Under the pieces are notes generated by a model, which was given only the letters and a program-made list of their open reading frames with translations, had not been told where the DNA came from and ran no database searches. DNA of 32,000 nt from Candidatus Saccharimonadota bacterium (GTDB lineage: Bacteria; Patescibacteriota; Gracilibacteria; Absconditabacterales; Absconditicoccaceae), in assembly GCA_030429145.1 (NCBI GenBank), contig JAUIDC010000001.1:360001-392000 (forward strand). The letters are read 5' to 3'. This document shows, one piece after another, positions 19,386 to 29,131 of this stretch. The translations under genes and the position numbers were made by a program. Position 1 is the first letter of the stretch; every line of letters starts with the position of its first letter.

Positions 19386-19414
19386 TTGACAGATTTTTCA
19401 TTTTTCGGTATAAT
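19386..19414 (+). promoter_or_regulatory. consensus sigma70-type promoter (TTGACA-17 nt-TATAAT)
   Basis: TTGACA at 19386..19391, a 17-nt spacer, then TATAAT at 19409..19414. It lies 35 nt upstream of the ATG at 19449. Confidence 0.7.
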
Positions 19415-19448
19415 TAATAAGAATGATTTTATGTTATGTTCTGTAACC

Positions 19449-21761
19449 ATGGCAGATCAACAAAACCCAATACAAAAAGACGATCAAACAAATCCCGCTA
19501 CTCAAGGGAACCCAACCAATGACGACAACACTCCTATCAACGACTGATTGGGGGATATTTCATTGGATGGAGATGCTACTAGCGATTCTTCCGCAACTCA
19601 GGAAGATGATACGTCTGTGGCTCCTGCAGCCGAAAATGCTGATAGCGAGGCTCAGCCAGAGACGCCAGCTGAAACAAAGACAGACATCTCAGATCTAGGC
19701 GATGTTCTGCTCGACCAGTCTGCAGACGATGCTCAGACACAAGACGAGACAAGCAATGTAGCGGCCCAGGATGACACTGAGAATTCAGCGTCTATGGAGA
19801 ACAACTCTGAAGATGTCTCACCAGCAGCACAACCTGAAACAGGAAGTGAACCTGAGGAGCCAAAGCCTGCTAACAGTCAAGAAGATCCGACAAAGATTGA
19901 TCTCGGAGATATCTCTTTGCCTTCCAATGATGAGAATGCACCACAGGGAGATAACAAGAGTAGCTCTCCTGAAAATGATAGACCAACTGGTATGTTTCAC
20001 TCTCCCGATGAGGAAACTCCAGCTCCATCTGCAGAGACGCAATCTGAAAATCAGATAGAAGGAAGCACTAATGAGACAGAAGGAGCCAAAGGAGAGCAGC
20101 CGGTGAGCGCAAATGCTGAAGCTATGCCTGAAATTTCACTTGATACTGTTCCGGCTGCACCTGAGCCAGCGCCAGAAGCAAACGCAGACGCAAATACAGA
20201 AGTTGCCAATGATCTTCCTCCTGTAGACCAACCAACAGAAACAGATAAGACTGAGACTGAGGGACATCTTTTCAAACAGCCTGATGATGAGACCCAACCT
20301 ACTGAGGAGGCTCCAACTCCTAGCGAGGAACCATCAGAGATGACTCAGCAGCCAGAAGCTCCTGTCATGACTGAAGAAAATGAGCCAAAAATCACCGATG
20401 AAAGCGAAGAGTTTCCTACTGAAATACTCAATCAAGAAGTAAGGGAGGAGGATCCTCAAGCAGAAACAGAAGAGACAGAGGGAATGCATGAGGAAGTAAA
20501 AGACGATAACAAGAATGCTAATATGGAAAACCAAGAAGCATCAGCGGAAGAAGCAGTTGAAAAAGATGCTACTCTTGAAGCCAGCGAAAATAATACAGAT
20601 GGAAACGAGGCCACAGAAGCCACACCTGAAATTAAAACCGAAGAAAACAAAGAAGAAAGCAACAATGTCATGATCAATCTCGAAGACGAAGAAAGTAAAG
20701 AGGAGACAGAAAACGAAGAACTTCCTACTCCTGAAGCAACAGCAGAGACTCCAAGTAGCGATGAATCAGACCCTTTAGTCGACGACCTTCTTAATAATGA
20801 GTGAACAAAAGTTGCCGAGAATAATACAGAGGAACAGCCAGAGACAGTATCTGAAACGCCAACTAATGATGAATCAGATCTTACGTTTGACTTAGATGCG
20901 CTTACTGGAGATCTCGAGTGAGGAAGCTCTGGCAACAGCGCAATTGCGGAGGCAAACAAAGAAGAAACGACAAACGGAGACGAAGAAAATCAGGAAGCTG
21001 TAGCGACGGCCGAGCAGCCAGAAGAAAAGCAAGAACAGTCAGAACAAGAAGCAATAGCTCCTACAAATGTGGCTGAAGAACCAGCTTCTCAAACAAACAA
21101 TCCACAACCAGCTACTACGTCTGTCCCGCTACCAAACGCGACCGTAGTACAATCAAAGCCAAAAAAGGGATCGCCTAAAAAGAAGGCTATCGCTATGGCT
21201 GCAGCATTTGTCATGCTTCTCGTTGTCGGAGGATTTGTTTTTACTACCATGATGCCCGAAGAGTCTGATAGCCTCATGGCTAACATATTGGGCTCGTCTG
21301 ACAATGACTCTAGCCTTACTCCTGAAGTTCCTGTACAGCAAACAACTATTCCAACTGACAATACATCTACATCAACACCGACAAACAACATAGACAACAC
21401 TCAGCCCCAGACACCTGAAACGACCAACACCACTACTGAAACTCCTGTAAACAATATTGAACAGCCAACAACACCAACGGTTACTATAACAATGGATCAG
21501 GCAAAGAATGCACTAGGACTCATCGCTCACAACAGCAAGAGAAGCCTAGCCGACGCTCTAAGAGCAGAGAATCAGGAAATATCAGAAAGACTATATAGCA
21601 TCTTTAAAGAAAGTTCAGCTCTCTTGGAAACCCTTGCAAACACAAGTGACATCTCTACGATAGCAACAATAGAACAGCAAATTGCAGATTTGCAGGGCGA
21701 TTTACTTGACGCTATAAATACTTTGGATGCCGAAACCAGCAACAACGCTCAGTCTCAGTAG
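19449..21761 (+). CDS. very acidic low-complexity membrane protein (N-terminal D/E/T/P/Q-rich region, one TM helix, C-terminal helical domain)
   Basis: The ATG at 19449 is in frame with track ORFs 19548..20804 and 21069..21761, joined by TGAs at 19545, 20802 and 20919. 770 aa with a TAG stop. A basic patch KPKKGSPKKKA precedes the TM helix IAMAAAFVMLLVVGGFVFTTMM. The motif D-I/L-S/G-L-D recurs (GDISLDGD, DISDLGDVLL, IDLGDISLP, EISLDTVP, LTFDLDALTGDLE). Confidence 0.7.
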
Positions 21762-21762
21762 T

Positions 21763-22632
21763 ATGATAAAAAAATTTCAAACGTATCTCGAATACGAAAA
21801 AAACGTTAGTCCAAAAACGTACGAGAACTACACGCTCCGACTGGGGCGTTTTTTGCAACATACAGGCGATGTCAATGTGAAAGAGATCACCTCTCTTGAT
21901 GTTCTCGACTTTAGACAACAGCTTACTAAAAGAAAACTCAGTAAAAAAACTATAAACTATCATATCGTTGCCATCAGAGCGTTTCTCAAATTCTGCCTCA
22001 AACACGATATCGACGTTATCTCTCCGGACAAACTCGAGCTTGGAAAGACCCCACCAAGGGTAGTAAGTTTTCTTGACGAGTCAGAGGTGGAACTCATATT
22101 GTCTATGCCTGCACAATGGGAGACAAAGAACGACCTCAAAAGACTCAGAGACGAGGCGATACTCCTTGTTCTTTACGGGACAGGCCTACGTGTCAGCGAG
22201 CTTATTTCTCTCCAAAGATCTGACATTAAGTTCAATAGCAATCAGTTCCGAGTAGTCGGAAAGGGACAAAAAATGAGATCGGTCTTCTTCACTAAGCGCG
22301 CCAGAGAAAAACTTGAAGAGTATCTCGGTGCTAGAAGTGATGAAAGCCCACACCTTTTTATCAACCTCAGCAACTATAAGTGAGGAAAGTGACTCACAAG
22401 GAATGCAGTGGAGGACATCGTAAGAGAGTATGCACGTAAAGCTGGGATCGACAAAAAAGTAACACCACATACCCTGCGTCATACCTTTGCGACATCTCTT
22501 CTCAAAAAAGGCGCTGATATCAGGTCGGTACAAACCCTTTTGGGACACTCGTCTATTACGACCACTCAAATATATACCCATGTGGACGACAAATTTCTCC
22601 AACAGGTACATAAACTCATGGACGACGAATAA
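21763..22632 (+). CDS. tyrosine recombinase XerC/XerD family
   Basis: ATG at 21763. Track ORFs 21727..22383 and 22408..22632 share one frame and are joined by two TGAs (NYK-G-GK-G-LTRNAV). Motifs: [53 protein letters not shown] (R...HxxR...Y). 289 aa. Confidence 0.88.
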
Positions 22633-22650
22633 TATTTTTCTTACGAAAAA

Positions 22651-22672
22651 AGCCTCCTGTAAACAGGGGGCT
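22651..22672. terminator. bidirectional rho-independent terminator
   Basis: 9-bp stem agcctcctg/cagggggct (one G-U pair) with loop taaa. It is flanked by A6 upstream and TTTCT downstream, between convergent genes. Confidence 0.65.
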
Positions 22673-22696
22673 TTTCTATTAGTTTCAATGTCTTTG

Positions 22697-23080
22697 TTAT
22701 TTTCTTGCTGCTAAGTAGCGTTCTGCCTCAAATTGCTCTAAGATTGCTTCTGCCTGCATAGCATAGGCTTCTGCTTTTTCGTCAAACACACCCTCTCCAA
22801 TTTCTTTCTTCCTCTTATAGAAAGCGGTAATATTGGACGCAAGTTCATAAGCAAGGCCTTCGGGAGCTCCACGGCGAGATGCAATATCAAAATGTTCAAA
22901 GAACTTGTATTGCGTGTCTGCTGGTGGATGCTGCTTGATCGCTGCACTTATTTCGGCTTCTGACACGTAGCTATTGGGATCTTGATAGGAGAATCCCAAC
23001 ATACAGGGTTGTATTTTCGTTTGAGCAAACGAGAGAGAGACGTTAATGAGCAATACGGCAAGTAAGCATAATTTCTTCAT
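22697..23080 (-). CDS. small secreted hypothetical protein
   Basis: 127-aa ORF with a signal peptide (MKKLCLLAVLLINVSLSFAQ) and a TAA stop. No family recognised. Confidence 0.55.
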   Translation of the reverse strand: MKKLCLLAVLLINVSLSFAQTKIQPCMLGFSYQDPNSYVSEAEISAAIKQHPPADTQYKFFEHFDIASRRGAPEGLAYELASNITAFYKRKKEIGEGVFDEKAEAYAMQAEAILEQFEAERYLAARK

Positions 23081-23142
23081 CTTCCTTTTTATTTTGGTGA
23101 GCCGATATTATAACGAGAAATGGAGAAACTGCAAGAGGTGAT

Positions 23143-23847
23143 TTAGGTATGTCTTCCTATGACTGAGCCCCATATAGTTAGCTTAGGGAAGCTCTTTTTC
23201 AGACATTTGGCTGCTTCCTGTATAGTTGATCCTGTAGTAGTGACATCATCGATAAAAATAATCAGCTCATTTCACATAAGAGTTATTCATTTTCTCAGTG
23301 AAAAGACTCCTTCGAGATTTTTTAACCTCTGCTTACGGGAGAGAAATGCTTGGATACGAGTGTGTCTTTTTTTAGTCACTAACGGTTGATAGGGAATATT
23401 GAGATTGGATGCAACTGCTTGAGCCAAAAGCTCGGATTGATTGTATCCTTTCGTGAAGTATTGTCTGTATCGGTGAGAAGGGATAGAGGAGATAATAGTC
23501 TTTTTTGTATGAGATAATTTTTGCAATGTGCGATTCGTTTGTATAACCAGTGCTAAGCGATCCGCGAGGAAAGATGCCACGTCGTAACGATGATAGTATT
23601 TGAGCTGTAAGATAAGTTTCTTGAGAAGATCGCTGTAAGCAAATCAGATAGCAATACCCTGATAGGCTGCCTCTCTTTGATAGTCTATGTGTACTTGGAA
23701 ATCTGGTGAGAAACGATGAGAGACTGGGCAGATTTCGGGGTGGGGCTGAAGACGCTTTCTACACTGATGACAGAGATAAGAGTCTTCGCTTTCGCAGCCT
23801 ATGCAGACTACGGGAAAAATATATGTAAGAATAGTTTTATATCGTTT
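23143..23847 (-). CDS. comFC: ComF family protein (ComFC, phosphoribosyltransferase-like); start codon unresolved
   Basis: Track ORF 23287..23580 extends in both directions. The N-terminal zinc-finger region reads IFPVVCIGCESEDSYLCHQCRKRL. Then come ...SIPSHRYRQYFTKGYNQSELLA...RIQAFLSRKQRLKNLEGVF and the PRT motif LIIFIDDVTTTGSTI, ending at the TAA at 23143..23145. 3 in-frame TGAs. The upper boundary given is the first codon after tRNA-Val. There is no in-frame ATG/GTG/TTG upstream of the CxxC motif. Confidence 0.75.
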
Positions 23848-23848
23848 A

Positions 23849-23925
23849 TGGTAGGCGGTATTGGACTTGAACCAACGACCTCCACAATGTCAATGTGGCG
23901 CTCTCGCCAGCTGAGCTAACCGCCC
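23849..23925 (-). tRNA. tRNA-Val (anticodon GAC)
   Basis: Cloverleaf: acceptor gggcggt/accgcct (G1-U72 wobble), D arm gctc-agctggcga-gagc, anticodon stem ccaca/tgtgg with loop ttGACat, T arm gttgg-ttcaagt-ccaat. ACCA is encoded. 77 nt. Confidence 0.85.
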
Positions 23926-24006
23926 GTTTCAATGAAAGATTGAAAACCGAAAATTTAAAATTGGCTTTTGCATTCTTTTGAGTATCATTATTTTTGTTTT
24001 TGAACT

Positions 24007-24031
24007 TTGTAAAATGATTTTGATTTTACAA
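24007..24031. promoter_or_regulatory. perfect 9-bp inverted repeat upstream of murG (possible operator)
   Basis: ttgtaaaat-gattttg-attttacaa, ending 24 nt before the murG ATG. Confidence 0.3.
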
Positions 24032-24054
24032 ACTTTTACCTTTTTATTGTGAAC

Positions 24055-25128
24055 ATGCGTATTGCTTTTGCCTGAGGTTGAACGTGAGGACACGTCTTTC
24101 CTATCAGGTCGCTGATACAACATATCGATTCACACCCGCAATACAAGGAAAAAGCCGAGTCGATGATCTGGCTGGGTGAGCGCGGAAGCCTTGAGGAGAG
24201 CGTCGCAAAAGAATTTTCTGATGTAACATTTGTACGCATCGTTGCTGGGAAGATAAGAAGAAAACCATGAGCAAAAGAAGCTATACAGAACTTCCGTGAT
24301 CTGCTTTTCGTGAAGATAGGAACAATCATGGCCTGGCGGCATCTGTTCACAAAGGATATCGATGTTATCTTCTGTAAAGGAGGGTATGTATCTCTTCCTG
24401 TCGTACTCGCCTGAAGAATATTAAAAAAGAAGATTATCCTACATGAGTCTGATACAAAGGCCGGACTCGCAAATAGAATCTGTGCAAGATTTGCAACTAC
24501 AATCTTTACCGGATTCGAAGGAGTCTTCCCAGAAAAAGAAATAGTCGTTGGACAACTATTGAGTGACGATCTTATTCCAGAAGATATAGACGATTATAAA
24601 AGAGACGAAAAGACACATATTTTAGTTTCATGAGGCTCACAGGGAGCAGAATCTGTTTATAGGCCCCTTGCGGCGCTTATCAAAAAAAACGCCTACGTGA
24701 AAAGCCACTTTTACGTCATTTTAGGAACAAAAAATAGTGGGCTTAAACATCTTTTTGAGGGTCTGCAGAACGTTACATGCTATGATTTCGTGAGTCAAAA
24801 GGAGATGGGGGAACTTCTCGCAAAATCTGATGTTGCTTTGACTCGTAGTGGAACGACCTCTCTTGCAGAGCAAAAGCTCTTCGGATTAAAACTTATTATG
24901 ATCCCCATCCCTCGAACTCACGACCAGTTTAAGAACGCTCAGTATTATGTCAAACACTATGGTGATATATTGGTGGGTCAGGACGAAAGCTTCACTCTTG
25001 CATTGCCAGCTGCATTGGAGAAGGTACAAGGCTACAAGAAAACCAATGAGATGGCACTCATTTCTCAGCAGATAAGAGAGGCGAAAGATATTGTCTGTGA
25101 AGAAATATTTAAAACAAAAGGCGGTTAG
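24055..25128 (+). CDS. murG: undecaprenyldiphospho-muramoylpentapeptide beta-N-acetylglucosaminyltransferase MurG
   Basis: ATG at 24055. MRIAFA-G-G-G-T-G-GHVFP, in which the TGAs at 24073, 24079 and 24085 supply three glycines of the GGGTGGH loop. It is in frame with track ORF 24697..25128 (…SDVALTRSGTTSLAEQKLFGLKLIMIPIPRTHDQFKNAQYY…). 6 TGAs, 357 aa, TAG stop. Confidence 0.93.
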
Positions 25129-25129
25129 C

Positions 25130-26674
25130 CTATCTTTGTTCTACAAACATGTTCTTGCTTCTATACTGCAAAGCCTCTGCAACGTGCTCCAGCAGCACGT
25201 TTTCTTTTTGTTCGACATCTGCTATGGTGCGAGCGAGCTTGAGAGAGCGATGCACGAGGCGAGTGGAAAGGGATAGTCTTTGCGCAGCCTGCTTCATGAA
25301 TGCTTCTGTCTTCTCATCGAGCTGTACATAGCGAGAGAGCGTCTTCGCTGAAAGCGATGCATTTGATGCAATGGTTGTTTCTCTATACCTGCTTTGTTGT
25401 CTCTCCCAAGCAGCACGGACCTCCTCGCGAAAGGAGATTGAACTCCTTTGCTCTGCTTTCTCGAAGATAGTCTCTATGCTCTCACGAGGAATCTCCAAAA
25501 CTATATCGATCCTATCGAGAAGCGGGCCAGATATCTTTGACTGGTAACGAGCAATCTCTGCCAAGGAACACGAGCAGGGCTTTTCACGATCTTTGTAGTA
25601 GCCACACCTACATGGATTCATCGCAGCAACAAACATGCACTCTGCCGGATATTTTACTGATCAGGCTGCACGCGAGATAGTTATCTGCTTTTCCTCCAAC
25701 GGCTGACGAAGCACCTCTAGACTCTCGCGAGGAAACTCAGTCAGCTCATCGAAAAAGAGCACTCACTTGTGCGCGAGGCTGATCTCGCCCGGGTGCAGAT
25801 GAGGACCTCATCAGGTGATAGCTATCTTGCTAGCCGTGTGATGCACGGCGCGAAACGGGCGAGTGCTGATCAAAGGTTCATCTTTGGTCAATCTCCCGAC
25901 GAGCGAATAGATCTGGGAAACTTCTATCATCTCGTCAAAGCTGAGCGGAGGGAGGATCGAGGCGAGCGCTTGCGCGAGAAGCGTCTTTCCTGATCAGGGT
26001 GGTCACACCATAAGCATGTTATGTCATCCAGCAGCAGCAAGACAAAGTGCACGTTTTGCGACAAGATGTCCCCTTATCGAAGAAAGGTCCACAGAGGCCT
26101 CTTTCTCTTTCGCCTTTATTCTAATGTGCGAGGCAGAACAAGAGTTCAACATCTTCCCCTTCACAAAAAAATCTACAATATCACGAAATGTCGCAAGCGG
26201 AAAAACCTTTATTCCATTTACATACTGCAGTTCAAATACATTCTCTTCAGGAACAAAAAATGTCGTGTACCCGAGCTTTCTAGAAGCAAGCACCGCTGGC
26301 AAAAGTCATTGCACTCTCCTCACCGAACCATCCAATCCAAGCTCTCCAAAGAAAAGAGACGAGGACAGCATGTCTACATGACAAATGTGTCAGCAAAAAA
26401 GAAACAATACAGCAACAGCCATAGGAAGATCAAACTGAGTGCCTGTCTTTTTGATGTCCGATGGGGCGAGATTAAGCACAATCTTCTGTGGCGGGATAGA
26501 GATATCTAAATTGCGAAAAGTGGAACGCAAACGTTCTTTCGCCTCCTTAACAGCCATATCTGGTAGTCCGATAATCTCTATAGTCGGCAATGCTTTATTT
26601 GCATCAGCTTCTATCGTTACTTCATGCCCATCAAGTCAAAAGAGCGCAAAGGTTTTTACTAGGCTGTGTGTCAT
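25130..26674 (-). CDS. comM: Mg-chelatase-like ATPase ComM/YifB
   Basis: ATG at 26674. Track fragments 26390..26590, 26024..26302 and 25130..25636 share one frame and are joined by about 10 TGAs. Walker A reads NMLMV-G(TGA 26003..26005)-PP-G(TGA 25994..25996)-SGKT. Further motifs: [20 protein letters not shown] and Walker [18 protein letters not shown]. 514 aa. The TAG at 25130..25132 is 1 nt from the murG stop (convergent genes). Confidence 0.92.
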
Positions 26675-26859
26675 AAACGAGGGTCTATATAAATCATAAC
26701 ACCTCTAACTATCCTTCTCTTCAATAAAACACTATTTTTTCTCTTTATCCAAATATTATCACGCAATAATTTTATCAACACCTTGGAGCAAGTCTTGTTT
26801 TCTCGCTTAAAATCACTATCTTTTTAACCGTTTTTTATTCATGAGAAGAGGATATTATC

Positions 26860-27792
26860 ATGGCAGAAATTGTTGTATTGTGACACAAATCACCAGATAC
26901 TGACGCTATTTGTTCAGCGATCGTGTGGACAAATTATTTGAAGAGCATGGGTGCGGATGCTAAAGCAATCAGGCTTTGAAATCCAAATTTTGAGACAAAG
27001 TTTGTTCTTGAGAAAGCTGGGGTAGAACTACCTGAGCTAGTTGAAGAACTACCTGAGGGACAAAAGATCGTCCTTACCGATCACAACGAGGCAGGACAGA
27101 GTATCAGTAATAGAAACAACTATAAGATCATTGGTGTCGTTGATCATCATAAAGTGTCTGACTTTGAAACAACAGAGGCGGTAGCTATGAGAGTAGAGCC
27201 CGTAGGTTGCGCTTGTACAGTTATGTATGCTATGTTTCAGGAGAAAGGATTTACTCCTGACGCAGTGACAGCTCGCCTTATGATCTCTGCTATCATTTCT
27301 GATACGCTTTACTTCAGATCTCCTACTACGACAGGGATTGATCGCAAAGCAGTTGAAGAGCTCAACAAGATAGCACAGATCGAAGATCTTGAAGCTTACT
27401 CTATGGAAATGTTCAACGCTAAGTCAGACCTTGGAGATATCTCTATCAGAGACCTCATCACTATGGACTACAAAACATTTGAGGCAGGGGATAAAACATT
27501 TGGTATCGGCTCAGTGGAAACAACAAATCCTGATTTTGCTCTTTCAAAAAAAGAGGAAATTATAACCGAACTGAACAATCTCAAAAATGAACAAAATCTC
27601 GACTTTATCATGCTATCCATCGTAGACATCCTCAACGAAAAGAATACTACCATCGTAGCAAACGAAAACGACGCCCAGGTGATAAAAGAGGTTTTCTGAG
27701 CGGAAACCCACGAATGACTTGCTGACCTCGGCAATAGAGTTTCAAGAAAAAAACAACTCGCTGCTCCTTTATCTGAATACTATATTGGGTAA
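26860..27792 (+). CDS. ppaC: manganese-dependent inorganic pyrophosphatase (family II, DHH)
   Basis: ATG at 26860. MAEIVVL-G(TGA 26881)-HKSPDTDAICSAI...VLTDHNEAGQS...GVVDHHK, in frame with track ORF 27154..27699. It continues through the TGA to the TAA at 27790..27792. 310 aa, 4 TGAs. Confidence 0.9.
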
Positions 27793-27798
27793 ATCTCC

Positions 27799-28068
27799 AT
27801 GATCTATTTTCTACTCTACCTCCTTATCATAAACGTTGCTACTTTTTCCGTGCGAGGAGTGGATAAGCGGAAAGCTAGCAAAGAGAAGAGGAGGATCTCA
27901 GAGAAAAATTTATTGCTCCTTAGCGCTCTTTGATGACGACTTGGGGCAGCCGTCGGAATTCAATTTTTCAGACATAAAACCATTAAGGCGACCTTTGCCT
28001 GGAAGATATGGTTTATCATAGTAACGCGGATTATGATCTCATTTATTCTGATGTATTATCTGCAGTAA
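27799..28068 (+). CDS. DUF1294-family small membrane protein
   Basis: 89 aa: MIYFLLYLLIINVATFSVRGVDKRKASKEKRRISEKNLLLLSAL-G-G(TGA TGA 27931..27936)-RLGAAVGIQFFRHKTIKATFAWKIW... This matches the DUF1294 pattern (DKxxA...RIxExxL...GG..G...RHKT.K). Confidence 0.75.
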
Positions 28069-28085
28069 TTTCACCGATCACTATT

Positions 28086-28465
28086 AAAAAAGCCCGCTGA
28101 ATTTCAGCAGGCTTTGCGAGACATCTAACACACAAGTGTGCCGATTCGGCTTGCCATCCACTAACCGCAATTTATATGTTTTCTTCTTGCTCCCGCAAGT
28201 TTTTTTCAAAAAGAAAAAAGGGGCACGAAATACCGTACCGCCTCCATTGAGGAGGTGGTTAAGTTACATCGCGTCCATAAGGACATATAATAGAGAAGCC
28301 ATTAACCTCTGTATTATATTTCCTTAAAGATGCTTCAACCACCTCCTAAGATAATGTATCAGTCTCTTTGGGTAAAGAGCGCTGATGGTCGCCTGCTGCA
28401 TTCAGCAAGTCGATTTTTGTTTAATGATCTTTTTGTATAGTTTTTGTGCGCTTTTTGTTTGTGTA
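28086..28465 (-). ncRNA. candidate structured non-coding RNA, unclassified (~370 nt)
   Basis: No credible ORF in any frame, even under table 25. Minus-strand promoter: TTGCAA (28498..28493), 16 nt, TATACT (28476..28471). Minus-strand terminator: hairpin 28091..28113 followed by T6. Internal helices include cttgctg-aatg-cagcagg, atcag..ctcttt-accc-aaagag..ctgat, cttgc-GGGA-gcaag, and an 11-bp perfect long-range pair aggaggtggtt (28250..28260) / aaccacctcct (28337..28347). Confidence 0.35.
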
Positions 28466-28564
28466 TCTTCAGTATAGGGAGATTTTTTATATTTGCAATA
28501 CCCTAGGTACAAAATCCGCTAACAAACTGTTACCACAAAAAGCAAAAAAAATGATATAATAAAA

Positions 28565-28580
28565 CCCTGCTAAAGCAGGG
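28565..28580 (-). terminator. rho-independent terminator of the thioredoxin-like gene
   Basis: Hairpin ccctgc-taaa-gcaggg, followed on the minus strand by ttttatt. It lies about 40 nt after the stop at 28620. Confidence 0.6.
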
Positions 28581-28619
28581 TAATAGAAGAAAAAGGCAAG
28601 TTGTTGTTATTCTCTGAAC

Positions 28620-29060
28620 TTATTGAGCATTACTTGAACCGCCTGAGATAGGAGCTGAAGAGCCTTGAAACTCACATCCTGAGATCGCCGCGAGTTGCTC
28701 AAATGTTTGTTCTCCTTCGTATTTCTGTCCTTGATATATCCAAGTAGGGTAGCCTTGAATTCCTGCTATGTTACATTTTACCTGTTCAACAGTACATTCA
28801 ACATAGTCAATTTTAGAAAATGATGTGCCAAAAGCTTCTCTTTGTGCTTTACAGTGAGGACACCATTCTGCACCATACATCCTTACTCCTTTGTCAGAAA
28901 GACACTGAGCGAGAGCATCTATCTCCGCTGCACTTGCAGTACTTTTTGGCGCTTCGTTAGATCTTTGCGAAAGATACACAAGTCCGCCTATTAGTAAAAC
29001 TGCAATAACGATAACAAGGAGAATAGTATTATTTTTCTTTTTGCGAGGATGCTTAATCAT
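28620..29060 (-). CDS. membrane-anchored thioredoxin-fold protein (CPHC active site)
   Basis: 146-aa ORF with an N-terminal TM anchor (ILLVIVIAVLLIGGLVYL). It continues VRMYGAEWCPHCKAQREAFG...YVECT...GIQGYPTWIY, resembling the Trx-like domains that partner VKOR/DsbB-type oxidoreductases. No TGA. Confidence 0.75.
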   Translation of the reverse strand: MIKHPRKKKNNTILLVIVIAVLLIGGLVYLSQRSNEAPKSTASAAEIDALAQCLSDKGVRMYGAEWCPHCKAQREAFGTSFSKIDYVECTVEQVKCNIAGIQGYPTWIYQGQKYEGEQTFEQLAAISGCEFQGSSAPISGGSSNAQ

Positions 29061-29131
29061 AGTTTATATGAAAAGAATAAAGCAGGTATCCAGTATAGAA
29101 AATTGCCGAGAAAAAACAAATCGAAAATAGA

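Noticed and set aside
20456-20959. A 167-aa Ser-rich minus-strand ORF, with other short ORFs at 19771..20534.
   Set aside because: They are antisense to or out of frame with the acidic-protein gene. The GAA/GAT-rich sense strand automatically gives an open, Ser/Leu-rich antisense frame.
21763-23925. A tyrosine recombinase about 1.2 kb from a tRNA gene, raising the possibility of an integrative mobile element or prophage remnant.
   Set aside because: The recombinase has the XerC/XerD housekeeping layout. I could find no direct repeat of the tRNA-Val 3' end. The intervening genes (a small secreted protein and comFC) are not phage- or element-like.
28241-28348. GAGGAGGTG on both strands of the 28.1-28.5 kb spacer, which might be Shine-Dalgarno sites for small ORFs. 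CACCTCCT also resembles a 16S rRNA 3' tail.
   Set aside because: The only start codons at a workable distance give 4-aa or otherwise implausible peptides. The flanking sequence has no similarity to 16S rRNA. The two elements are perfectly complementary to each other over 11 nt, so they are better explained as an RNA helix.
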